35,032 nucleotides of DNA from Candidatus Aenigmatarchaeota archaeon (GTDB lineage: Archaea; Aenigmatarchaeota; Aenigmatarchaeia; QMZP01; QMZT01): positions 1 through 35,032 of the forward strand of contig JAZDFI010000006.1 of the NCBI GenBank assembly GCA_043808015.1. The letters are read 5' to 3'. This document shows, piece after piece, positions 7,582 through 17,015 of the stretch. Position 1 is the first letter of the stretch. Every line of letters starts with the position of its first letter. Under the pieces are notes generated by a model. The model was not told the DNA's origin, did no database searches, and saw nothing but the letters and a program-made list of their open reading frames with translations. The translations under genes and the position numbers were made by a program.

Positions 7582-8396
7582 TAGTCCACCTCCGTCGCCT
7601 CGGGTATCTCAGACATGCCCTCGTGCGTCATTTCCTCGACGCGCTTGGCCCTCCTGACCGTTGGCGGATGCGTGTAGTACCATCGCCGATGCCCTTCGCG
7701 CTTGAAGGGATTGACTATCCATATGCTCTCGTACGTCGGCGAACCGTGCATGGGATTCTGCCTCGCCGTCTCGCTCATCTTGTTAAGCGCCGACGCAAGG
7801 TCGCGCGGCTTGCCGGAGAACCTCGTGGCGTAATAATCCGCCCTGTATTCCACGCGCTCCGAAAGGCCGAGCCTCACGGTCAGCATGGCGAGCGGTATGA
7901 AAATGCCCGTCTTCCTCAGCACGGCCGCGATGACGGAAACGAACTGCTGTATCTTGTAGTCGCCGTTGTATACGTGCCACATCTCGTGGGCGACTATGTT
8001 CTCTATCTCGCCCTTGTTCATGCTCAGCACGCCTTCCGTGACGCATACGGTCGTGTCGTTCCTGTTCCTGCCCACGATGAACGAATTGGGCACGTCGATT
8101 GGAAGGATGCAGACTTTCGGAGTCGGGATCTTGGCGTTTATGGCCATCTTGTCCACTATCGCGTTAATCTCTTTTTTGTCGCTTGTTTTTGCCTTGTATT
8201 TTTTCAGTATGACGGACGGCGCGTAATGATACGCAGCCATCACGAGCAGTATCGATATCATTGCGAATATCATGGAGACGACGGTCAGGATTCGCATGTT
8301 CCATAAGCCGAAGAATACACCTGCCGTGCCTATTAAAAAGCCGGTGAGAGTGAACAGAGCGATGAAAAACAAAGATACTCCGATTACCCTGAGCAC
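7581..8396 (-). CDS. htpX: HtpX-like zinc metalloprotease (peptidase M48)
   Basis: N-terminal TMs, PNSF..G, VCVTEG, E...IVAHEMWHV, EYRADYYA, LASALNK, THPP...R. Confidence 0.85.
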   Translation of the reverse strand: MLRVIGVSLFFIALFTLTGFLIGTAGVFFGLWNMRILTVVSMIFAMISILLVMAAYHYAPSVILKKYKAKTSDKKEINAIVDKMAINAKIPTPKVCILPIDVPNSFIVGRNRNDTTVCVTEGVLSMNKGEIENIVAHEMWHVYNGDYKIQQFVSVIAAVLRKTGIFIPLAMLTVRLGLSERVEYRADYYATRFSGKPRDLASALNKMSETARQNPMHGSPTYESIWIVNPFKREGHRRWYYTHPPTVRRAKRVEEMTHEGMSEIPEATEVD

Positions 8397-8466
8397 GTCA
8401 ACACCTTCCGCTGATATATGAAACTATTATGGTATTATGGCGTTAAAAATAAAAAGAACGGAGGCG

Positions 8467-11400
8467 CTACTTCTTTTCCCTGTCCTTGAATTTCGTCTTG
8501 TCGTAGGTCAGGCCGAACTGGTCGAGCCTGTGGTAGCCTTCGGCGTACGTTTTGTTGTCTGGTCTGGCCTGCTGGACTGGCGTGGGCTGAACCGCTGGCG
8601 CGGCTGATCTTGGTACGAAATCGCCGATGCTTTTCTGCCTGCCGCCGAACTTCAGCTTCGATAAGGCGTGCGTTATCTTGCCGACCAGCGATGTTTTCTC
8701 TTTCGGCATGTAGCCGAGGACAGGATGATACCCTTTCTTCGATGGCATGAGCAGGTACGCCAGGAACGCGCCTATGACGACTATCACCACGAGTATCGCG
8801 ACCAGCATGAGAGTGCCGCTCATGTCGCCGCCGAAAAGCGAACCCAGGCCGGCGGCTCCTACGCCGCTCACCTGGCTCCTGAACTCCGCGATGGAAGCGT
8901 TAAGCTCCGTGAGAAGGCTGTTCGCTTCGAGGTAGTTGCCCGCCTGTATGTTGCTCTCCACTTCCTGGAACATGTTGAGTATGCGCGTGTAGGTCCTGTT
9001 CGCCAGCGTGTAATTCTGCTCCGTGCTTGGCGGCAGCTGGTTGAACAGCGTCGTGACGGACGCGAAAAGCGCCTTCAGGTCGTCGCGGGTCGTGTTTATC
9101 GCGGCCTTCCCTCCCTCCGCGGGCTGGACCGCGACTATTATGTCCTTGGTGACGTAAACGCTCTCGTTCTCCGAGGCGTAAGCCTTCACCGTCACGGTAT
9201 GGTAGCCCACTGCGGTCGCTTCAGTCGTAGTGAAAGTCACGGTGAATATGCCTGAGTTGCTGATGCCCAGGTTATAGCTCGCCGGGGTGACGGCCGCCGT
9301 CAGCTCGCTTATGGGCGACGTCGCGGTCATCTTCGTCGTGTATATGTACCCTCCCGTGTTCTTGACGGTGACTTTGGTCGTGTTCGTCGCTCCCTGCACC
9401 ACGTATACTTTTGAAGTGTAATCGGTCACCTCGAGCTTGCCGGCCTTCTGCACGCACTTGTGGGCCGATGCGACGTATCCGGACTGGCAGACCAGGTTGG
9501 TGCACGCGCCGCTCTTGCAGTATTGCGTGTCGCCGCACGTCGTGTTGGACGTGCACGTCGTCGTCTGTCCGCCAGAGCCTTCATCATCATCGCCCGTGGT
9601 CGTCGCATCGTCCCTCACGTCAACGTAAATCGTCATGTTGCCCGCGGCACCGAAACTCGTGTGATTACTGGCAATGCCAATGATCATGGGACAGCTTAAA
9701 TCATCACTGTCGACTGAGTTGGCTGTTATTTTCCATGTCAGATTGCATTCATAATCGCCTGTCATGAACTTGGGTACGGTGGCTATTATCCAGCTGGCGC
9801 TTGAACTTGTTATTCCCGAGCCGGAAGTCTGACCGGCACATGATGTGTTGGTGGACCATGGAACAATGGTTACAGGGCATGACTGCTTGTTAAACGCAAC
9901 GTAAACACTGCTGCCCGCGAGCGAGCCGTAATTCTTGAGGTGAGCTGTGTAGTATGTGGTGTGCAATTCGTAAACGACATTTTCGCCGTCGTTGAACGCG
10001 CTGCTGCCGATTACTCTGAGGCCTGTGTCATTGACCGTTATTGGCACCGCGCCTATGCCGGTGCCACCAAGCAACTCCCCGGTCCCGCCGAGTTTGCTCG
10101 TGTTCACGTAAACGGTCACAATGCCTTTATACGTTCCGCCTGGCGGCGCTCCGTTCGGTAGCGTGGCGTTGACCCTACATAACGTCTGGCTGACCGGGCA
10201 CACAACGTTCCATGGAGAGCTAATGTCAGAAATGCCGTAACTGCTAAGTATTGTCGTGTTTAGTGTGGCGTTGCCTTCTATCAGCCTTATGTTGGTGAAA
10301 TCGCTCTGGTTTATCATGGCGTCTTTTGACAATATTGTGCCGTTCGCCAGCACCGCCGTCACGTTGAAGGTCATGTTGCTGCTGATGTTGGGAAGCGCGA
10401 CGAAAGTTGGCGTGATGCCAGTGACGTTCACGACTACGACGTCGGTGAGGTTCACGTAAAGGCGCACGTAGAAGACGTCGAACGGATACGAGACTGAAGA
10501 TGAATTGGTCGAGTTGGTCGTAGTCAGGTTTATCTCGCCGTAATAAAGGCCCTGCGCATTGTGCGTGTTGGACGTGTTTATGGTTATGCTTATGTTCATG
10601 GTCTTCTGCGTGCCCGCGGCTATCGGACTCGACGGCCACTGCACGTCGAAGCTCATGTTGTAATAATCCGAGCTTCTTATGAGCGTGTAATTCGACGTCG
10701 TGTTAACAAAGTATATGTCGGAACCGCCCGTGTTGTTTATGGTGTAATTCACCCAGAGCACGCTGGCCCCGTTCCTGTTGAAGCCGATGTTGTCGTGTTT
10801 CGTGTCCGTGACCGTGCTCAGCGTGTTGTTGACAATAAGCGTTCCAGCTCTGACGGAGAATGATATCGGGAGTCTCTTGGCCCAGCCGCCGTCCCTGTAG
10901 TATTCCACGAAGCCGCTGTAGCTGCCGTTGTTTATGTTGGCCGGAGGAAGCGTGATTCTAAGCGAAACGTTCTTGGTGGAGTTGTCGGAGCCGAGCGACG
11001 AGTTGAAATTGAACCCCGAAGCAGGGTAGTCGGAACTGAGCCAGTATGATGAGTTATACCACACCTGCGCCGTCACGTTGTATTTGTCGTCGCCTATTGC
11101 AGTTATGTTGCCGACGCTTATTTTCCACAGGCCGTCGTTGCTCTCGCTTATGGCGCCCGTGTAAATGACGTTTTCCTCCTGCACGGTGTTGGTCAGGTTG
11201 CCCGTCTGGTATTTCCTTGAGCTGTTTCCGACGAAAGCGCTAGTCGTGTTAAGCGCAACAAACCAGCGCGTCTGGCCTTTCCATTCTATCTTGATTTTGA
11301 CCTTTGTCGCGAAGGACGGTACGAGTAAATAATAATCCCCTGTCGCGTTTTTCAGCGTCCACGTTTCGGTGCGGTAAATCTCGCTCCTCTGCATCACGCT

Positions 11401-12402
11401 GCTCCATTCAGTAGTGTCGATGTTCCTGAGCGTCACGTTTACCTGCGCTGACTGGTTGTTCACTGGTGTGAGCTCGCCTAAATCCAGCGACGTGATTTGC
11501 TGAAGTTCGTTGCTCGCGCTAGTGGCGTTGAGCGTCGAGAAAGACATGTTGGCATTGTAGTTGTGCGACGTCGAAACGTTGCCAATGACCCACAGCTGCC
11601 ACATGTCGCTCGTCGCGGGCAGGTCTCTGTAAATGTTATCGATGGTCGTGCCGTTCTCGGCGGAGCGCACGAGAAGAGTTCCAGCGGAATCGAAAAGGTA
11701 AATGTCTATGTCTTCAGTCTGGCCAGTTATGTCTGTCGTGTCGGTAAGGTTGATGAATACACCGGTTATGTTCTGCGCGATGCTGGTATTGAAATAGAAC
11801 TTGTGGATGAGGTTGGAGCCGGTCGTCACCGTGCCTCTCACGAAGCCGTAACTGCTGGCCTCGGAAAAAGTGTTCGACGTGCTGACGGGTATTATTATTG
11901 AGGCATTGATGATTGCGTAATCGATAAACGTGCTGTTTCTTGTGACATTGAACGTGCCGTTGTAAAAGCCCGGCGGACAGAACTGATATGCAATTATATT
12001 ATAAAGAGTCGGAATGCTGATGTTAATAAAGTCGGTTAAATTTGTGTAAGCGCCTGAGCTGGCGTTCTGAACATAGAATTTCATGCCGCTCGAGCCGCTG
12101 GGAATGCATAGGGACATGTTAGCCGCCGTGTAACTCGTGTAAGAATTCTCCGGGTACACGCTGCTGCTGAAATACTGAGACGAAAGCGTCTCAGTCGTGT
12201 TCTGGATGTGGTAGAAAGTATCGTTAGCGACTATGGACGTGATGTTTATCACACCACTGGTCCAATTGACATATACGGTATCCGGCGCGACCGTGAAGTT
12301 GCCCAGGCTGCTGTTCACGGCAGAGCCCTGGTACATCGAAAACAAAAAAACAAACAAAACTAACGCTGAAGCGAACAATAGATTTCTCAAATTACGCATC
12401 AT
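8467..12402 (-). CDS. Large membrane-anchored cell-surface glycoprotein (~1310 aa)
   Basis: Signal peptide (MMRNLRNLLFASALVLFVFLF), many N-x-S/T sequons, PPC-like DIDIYLFDSAG..WQLWV module, Ig/CARDB-like modules, small Cys knot CTSNTTCGDTQYCKSGAC, helical stalk, C-terminal TM and cytoplasmic tail; GGTGGGG RBS before 12402/12399. Confidence 0.85.
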   Translation of the reverse strand: MMRNLRNLLFASALVLFVFLFSMYQGSAVNSSLGNFTVAPDTVYVNWTSGVINITSIVANDTFYHIQNTTETLSSQYFSSSVYPENSYTSYTAANMSLCIPSGSSGMKFYVQNASSGAYTNLTDFINISIPTLYNIIAYQFCPPGFYNGTFNVTRNSTFIDYAIINASIIIPVSTSNTFSEASSYGFVRGTVTTGSNLIHKFYFNTSIAQNITGVFINLTDTTDITGQTEDIDIYLFDSAGTLLVRSAENGTTIDNIYRDLPATSDMWQLWVIGNVSTSHNYNANMSFSTLNATSASNELQQITSLDLGELTPVNNQSAQVNVTLRNIDTTEWSSVMQRSEIYRTETWTLKNATGDYYLLVPSFATKVKIKIEWKGQTRWFVALNTTSAFVGNSSRKYQTGNLTNTVQEENVIYTGAISESNDGLWKISVGNITAIGDDKYNVTAQVWYNSSYWLSSDYPASGFNFNSSLGSDNSTKNVSLRITLPPANINNGSYSGFVEYYRDGGWAKRLPISFSVRAGTLIVNNTLSTVTDTKHDNIGFNRNGASVLWVNYTINNTGGSDIYFVNTTSNYTLIRSSDYYNMSFDVQWPSSPIAAGTQKTMNISITINTSNTHNAQGLYYGEINLTTTNSTNSSSVSYPFDVFYVRLYVNLTDVVVVNVTGITPTFVALPNISSNMTFNVTAVLANGTILSKDAMINQSDFTNIRLIEGNATLNTTILSSYGISDISSPWNVVCPVSQTLCRVNATLPNGAPPGGTYKGIVTVYVNTSKLGGTGELLGGTGIGAVPITVNDTGLRVIGSSAFNDGENVVYELHTTYYTAHLKNYGSLAGSSVYVAFNKQSCPVTIVPWSTNTSCAGQTSGSGITSSSASWIIATVPKFMTGDYECNLTWKITANSVDSDDLSCPMIIGIASNHTSFGAAGNMTIYVDVRDDATTTGDDDEGSGGQTTTCTSNTTCGDTQYCKSGACTNLVCQSGYVASAHKCVQKAGKLEVTDYTSKVYVVQGATNTTKVTVKNTGGYIYTTKMTATSPISELTAAVTPASYNLGISNSGIFTVTFTTTEATAVGYHTVTVKAYASENESVYVTKDIIVAVQPAEGGKAAINTTRDDLKALFASVTTLFNQLPPSTEQNYTLANRTYTRILNMFQEVESNIQAGNYLEANSLLTELNASIAEFRSQVSGVGAAGLGSLFGGDMSGTLMLVAILVVIVVIGAFLAYLLMPSKKGYHPVLGYMPKEKTSLVGKITHALSKLKFGGRQKSIGDFVPRSAAPAVQPTPVQQARPDNKTYAEGYHRLDQFGLTYDKTKFKDREKK

Positions 12403-12466
12403 ACCCCACCAAAAACGGCTACCCTTGATTCTATTTATTATTATAATCAATTTATATAGTATAGCT

Positions 12467-13072
12467 ATGTGCGCGAAGCATGTGCCTTGCGGGAAAATTG
12501 ATTTCAGGATATTCTGCGTATGGCTGGCGGCAGCTGCGCTGCTCGGCTCGCTTCTGACTTACGCGTATTTCGCTTTCTCGCTTTCGTCACGCGGGCCTTT
12601 CGACGTCGGCGAGGGCCAGATTCGCCTGGTCACGGACAGGGATTATTTCCCGGCGGTGACGGGCCTGATAAGCTCGGCCAATACCAGCGTGCACATGATG
12701 ATGTACGACATGAGATTCTACTTTTCCTTCCCGAAGAGCAGCGTCAACCGCGTCGTCGAAGGCATGGAGGACGCGCTCGGACGGGGAGTCGATGTGAAGA
12801 TAATAACGTCGAGAAAGGCCACGTCCAGAGACGTCATAGTGACGATAGACGCGAGAAACATGAGCATACGATACGATTCGGCCAACACGACATCCGGCGC
12901 TAACTTTATAATAATAGACTCGAAAATTGTTATAATAGGCTCGTCGCATCTGGAACATTATTCATTCGAGGCGAACCGCGAGGCCAACGTCATAATATAC
13001 TCCGAGGCGCTGGCGCGCCAGATGGAGACGTATTTCGAAAAAGCATGGGTGGAATATGAGCAGCAAAAATGA
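12467..13072 (+). CDS. Membrane-anchored phospholipase D/Nuc-like domain protein, catalytic HKD motif degenerate
   Basis: N-terminal TM; YFPAVTGLISSANTSVHMMMY, ALGRGVDVKII, ...GANFIIIDSKIVIIGSSH...NREANVII match the single-domain PLD fold. Confidence 0.8.
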   Translation: MCAKHVPCGKIDFRIFCVWLAAAALLGSLLTYAYFAFSLSSRGPFDVGEGQIRLVTDRDYFPAVTGLISSANTSVHMMMYDMRFYFSFPKSSVNRVVEGMEDALGRGVDVKIITSRKATSRDVIVTIDARNMSIRYDSANTTSGANFIIIDSKIVIIGSSHLEHYSFEANREANVIIYSEALARQMETYFEKAWVEYEQQK

Positions 13073-14648
13073 AAGTTCCGAGCATAAAATCCCAGATCAG
13101 CCTGGGCAGGACGCTTCCGCTTCTGAAATCGAGGAGAGGAAAGCGAAGCTGGCGGAACTGAGAAAAGCGCATGATCCATACAAGAGGCGCTTCGAGAAGA
13201 CGCACATGATAGAGGCGATCTCAGAAAAAGCGAAGGATCTCAAGAACGGCGAGAGCCTCCATGGTCCGAAGGTCGCCATATCCGGCCGCCTCAAGTCGAT
13301 AAGAAAGCACGGCAAGCTCATATTCGCCGATCTGCAGGACGGGTCGGGCAAGATACAGCTTTTCATAGACGAGAAAGGCACGGGGCCCGAGAAATTCGCG
13401 TTCTTCGATTCGATGATAAACACCAACGACATCGTCGGCGCGCATGGAAGCGTATTGCGCACCCAGCGCGGAGAGCTCAGCGTACATGTCGACGACTTCG
13501 AGCTGCTGACTAAGTCGCTTCTTCCGCTTCCAAAGGACTGGTACGGCCTCAAGGACAAGGAGCTGCGCTATCGGAAGCGATACGTGGACCTGATACTGAA
13601 CCCGGACGTGAGAAAGACGTTCGACAACCGCTCGAAAATCATGCAGGCCATACGCGACTTCATGCACGAACGCGGATTTACGGAAGTCGAGACGCCGATA
13701 CTCCAGCCGATATACGGCGGCGCGGCCGCGAGGCCTTTCGAGTCGAAGCTGCACGCGCTCGACATGAAAGTCTACATGCGCATCTCGAACGAGCTATACC
13801 TCAAGAGGCTCATAGTCGGCGGATACGAGAAGATATTCGAGTTCTCGCGCGACTTCCGCAACGAAGGGATAGACAAGCTGCACAATCCAGAATTTACGCA
13901 GGTCGAGACCATGTGGGCCTACGCCGACTACAGGGACAACATGACCTTCGCGGAAGAGATGTTCAGCTTCATCGCTAAGAAAGTCCATGGTCACGCGAAG
14001 GCGAATTACCAGGGAACCGAGATCGACATGAAAACGCCGTGGAGGCGCGTGCGTTTGCTCGACGCGATAAAGGAGCACGCGCACGTCGACTACGACAGTC
14101 TCGATTTCACCGAGGCGAAAAAAGCCGCGCACAAAGCAGGCGTCGATGCAGCCAAGCTGGACAGGTGCGAGACGTGGGGTCATGTAGTGATAGCGACGTT
14201 CGAGGAGCTGGTCCAGCCGAAACTCATCCAGCCCACGCTGGTTCACGATTACCCGTTCGAGGCGGCGGGACTTGCGAAAATAAACAAGGACGACCCGCGG
14301 CTTAACGAAGCGTTCGAGATAATCATCAACGGCTGGGAAATGGGACTTTCATACTGCGAGGAGAACGACCCGCATCGCCTTCGGGAGTACTGGCAGGAGG
14401 CGGAAAAGGATTTCAAGCGCGGCGACGACGAGAGCCAGCGCATGGACGAGGACTTCATCGAGGCGCTCGAATACGGGATGCCGCCGACCTCGGGGCTTGG
14501 CGTCGGGATTGACCGCCTGACGATGCTGCTTACCGATTCGGTATCGATACGCGACGTGATCCTGTTCCCGTTCATGAGGCCGGAGGCGGAAGCGAAACCT
14601 CAGGACAAGCCGCAGGAAAAACACCACGAAAAAAAAGAGGAAAAATAA
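13056..14648 (+). CDS. lysS: Lysine--tRNA ligase, class II
   Basis: OB-fold anticodon domain (GRLKSIRKHGKLIFADLQD), RYRKRYVDLI, EVETPILQPIYGGAAARPF, FRNEGID..HNPEFT, ALEYGMPPTSGLGVGIDRL. Confidence 0.96.
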   Translation: MSSKNESSEHKIPDQPGQDASASEIEERKAKLAELRKAHDPYKRRFEKTHMIEAISEKAKDLKNGESLHGPKVAISGRLKSIRKHGKLIFADLQDGSGKIQLFIDEKGTGPEKFAFFDSMINTNDIVGAHGSVLRTQRGELSVHVDDFELLTKSLLPLPKDWYGLKDKELRYRKRYVDLILNPDVRKTFDNRSKIMQAIRDFMHERGFTEVETPILQPIYGGAAARPFESKLHALDMKVYMRISNELYLKRLIVGGYEKIFEFSRDFRNEGIDKLHNPEFTQVETMWAYADYRDNMTFAEEMFSFIAKKVHGHAKANYQGTEIDMKTPWRRVRLLDAIKEHAHVDYDSLDFTEAKKAAHKAGVDAAKLDRCETWGHVVIATFEELVQPKLIQPTLVHDYPFEAAGLAKINKDDPRLNEAFEIIINGWEMGLSYCEENDPHRLREYWQEAEKDFKRGDDESQRMDEDFIEALEYGMPPTSGLGVGIDRLTMLLTDSVSIRDVILFPFMRPEAEAKPQDKPQEKHHEKKEEK

Positions 14649-14676
14649 GCGGCCCGCTGTTTTGCCCGCCGCTTTT
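14647..14676 (+). terminator. Hairpin + T-tract after lysS
   Basis: AAGCGGC...GCCGCTT stem followed by TT. Confidence 0.4.
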
Positions 14677-14713
14677 AAATTTTTAAAGCATCGCTGATTC
14701 ATTATATTACTAT

Positions 14714-14788
14714 GGCCGCGGTGGTGTAGCCTGGTCAGCACAAGAGACTGTGGATCTCTTAGCCCGAGTTCAAATCTCGGCCGTGGCC
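14714..14788 (+). tRNA. tRNA-His(GTG), genomically encoded G-1, no intron, no CCA
   Basis: G-GCCGCGG...CCGTGGC-C acceptor, AGAGA-CT-GTG-GA-TCTCT anticodon arm, GTTCAAATC T-loop. Confidence 0.95.
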
Positions 14789-14833
14789 CTAACAGCGATG
14801 CAGATTAAATCTGCGTCATTCTGCTTTTTTCGT

Positions 14834-16948
14834 TCATTCCGTTATGCTCTCGACCGCGCTGGATATGAGCTCGCCGAACATCGTCGACGCGCCTAGAGCG
14901 ACCAGGAAGTACATGACCACCGCTACGATCAGCATCTTGCCAGCAGTGTACCACATGTACACCTTGTTCTCGCCCTGCGATATCTTGGTCATGAACATGG
15001 CGAGGATTATTATTATTTCTATCAGGTAGATGCCTATGATTATCTGGAATATCTCCGGCGAGACTGTGCTGGCCATGTCGCCGCCGCCCATCAGGCCGCC
15101 GCTTATGTTTATGGGCATGTCGGTGCCCGCGCTCAGGCTGGCAAGCTTCGAACTGAGGATGGAAAGCACCTTTATGATTATCTGGGCCATCGAGACTATG
15201 AGCCCAGTCACCATCGGCGTGAGCATGTAGGCCTGGAACTTCATCGACGACACCGATTCCTGCAGCAGGTCGCGGATGTATTCCTGAGTCTCGCGGATGT
15301 TGCGCAGGTATTTCGAGACGGTGAGCATGCCTTCGGCGGCGTATTTCACCCCTTTGCGCGCGATGTCCACGACCATGAACATGATGTTCCTTATCAGGTT
15401 GCTCGGGTAGTAGCGTATCGCGCCGTATTTCTCGTCGAGCAGCGCCTCCCTGAAGGTCATGCCGAGGTTTCTCATGTTCCTTATCGTTATCGTGAAGAGG
15501 CCGGAAATGCTCAGGTCTTTCACATCATCCGCTGACTTCTCTATCGCCAGCTCGGGCGGTATGCCTCCCGAGATGCGATTGCCCAGCTGGAACAGCGCCA
15601 TCTCGAATTCACTCTCCGTCTTCAGCACGTCGTCCTGTATGCTTATGCGCTGGAAGTTGGCGAGTATGCAATAAGTCGCGATGCCGAAGGCTCCGCCCAT
15701 TATCAGCATCATGGACATAACCAGGGACAGGATGTCGTGCGTCCCTTTCGCCGAGATTATGGATTCAGGGTTCGCCGCGAAGAAAAGCAGCGCCGGCACG
15801 ATGAAGGCGAGACCCACGATTAGGGCGAACGGCATGGCGGGAAGATTGATTCTCTTCTTATTCATCCTCACGCTGAAACTGCCCTGCGGCGGGAGGTCGG
15901 GGTGCATGGAAGTGTCGACCTGAGAGAACGTCGTCGGGCGTTTCTTCAGGATGGAATTGATGAACCATATGATGAATATCGGGAGAACGACGTCGTAAAG
16001 CGCGAAGAAGTATTCCGGTTTCGCGATGTCCGACATGAACACCGCGGCGAGCGGCGCCATGATGCTGCCGAGTATCGGGAGCACGATGCCCATCATGTGT
16101 ATTATGCTGACGGGAAGCGTGAGATCCTGGGCGTAGTGCTTCATACGCGTCTTGGTGCCGCTGAGTATGACGTCCAACGCTTCGTCAAGAATTATCTCCG
16201 CCTTCTCTGAGCTGTGCGTGCGCGAGTCGCGGATAAGGCGCAGCGCCTCGGAGAATTCCTCGTTCTCGGATTTCCATTTGGCAATGTAGTCGGTCATGGC
16301 CTGCGACGCGGAATAATACTTGCCCATCTCTATGTCCCACAGCAGCTTGCGCATGTCCCATGCGAGCGGGCCGGTGACGTTAGCTGCCGAGAAGCGCAGC
16401 GCCTGCTCGAGATTCGGTGTCACGCGCATCGACACGACCATGTAAAGAATCGCCAGCACAACCTGCGACGAGGCTTCCATCCTGTACACCTTCATCTGGT
16501 TGACCGGATATTTCAGGAAATAGAACGCCAGGGCGACGCCTGCCGCCGAAATGAACAGTATGCCCATTAAAGGGATGAGAGCCAGCGCCACGAGCAGGAT
16601 GGATGAAATCACGAAAAACATTATGGTCAGATAAACGAGCGCAGTCACATCCTTCGACGTGATGCGCATGCCGGTGAAGTTTATGGCGCTATCGATATCG
16701 ATTTTCGTCTTCGCGTCCGGCGGGTTAACGGAAATTATCTTTCCCGCAATGCCGGCGAGCCTTTCGAACCACGTGAGCGGGATGTCTTCCTTTTTCTTGA
16801 ACAGCTGGAATTCCCTCGACGTGACCGTGATTTTCCTGTCTTCCGGGAAGCGCAGCGTCTGGTAGCTTTTTATTATGCTGTCCGGAACGCCTGTCGGGGC
16901 TTCGTCTTTTGCCCTGTCTCCCTTCTTTTTTTTGAAGAGGCTGACCAT
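14834..16948 (-). CDS. Type IV pilus/archaellum-type membrane platform protein (TadC/ArlJ, T2SSF family)
   Basis: Two T2SSF-like repeats (AILYMVVSMRVTPNLEQALRF...LAWDMRKLLWDIEMG; EFEMALFQLGNRISGGIPPELA), multiple TMs; downstream of the secretion ATPase on the same strand. Confidence 0.85.
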   Translation of the reverse strand: MVSLFKKKKGDRAKDEAPTGVPDSIIKSYQTLRFPEDRKITVTSREFQLFKKKEDIPLTWFERLAGIAGKIISVNPPDAKTKIDIDSAINFTGMRITSKDVTALVYLTIMFFVISSILLVALALIPLMGILFISAAGVALAFYFLKYPVNQMKVYRMEASSQVVLAILYMVVSMRVTPNLEQALRFSAANVTGPLAWDMRKLLWDIEMGKYYSASQAMTDYIAKWKSENEEFSEALRLIRDSRTHSSEKAEIILDEALDVILSGTKTRMKHYAQDLTLPVSIIHMMGIVLPILGSIMAPLAAVFMSDIAKPEYFFALYDVVLPIFIIWFINSILKKRPTTFSQVDTSMHPDLPPQGSFSVRMNKKRINLPAMPFALIVGLAFIVPALLFFAANPESIISAKGTHDILSLVMSMMLIMGGAFGIATYCILANFQRISIQDDVLKTESEFEMALFQLGNRISGGIPPELAIEKSADDVKDLSISGLFTITIRNMRNLGMTFREALLDEKYGAIRYYPSNLIRNIMFMVVDIARKGVKYAAEGMLTVSKYLRNIRETQEYIRDLLQESVSSMKFQAYMLTPMVTGLIVSMAQIIIKVLSILSSKLASLSAGTDMPINISGGLMGGGDMASTVSPEIFQIIIGIYLIEIIIILAMFMTKISQGENKVYMWYTAGKMLIVAVVMYFLVALGASTMFGELISSAVESITE

Positions 16949-17015
16949 GTTTATTAATTGTCCTAGTCCGCTTATATTCCAAGACTGGTTGAGCGGAAGC
17001 TAAAAAAGAAACGGC

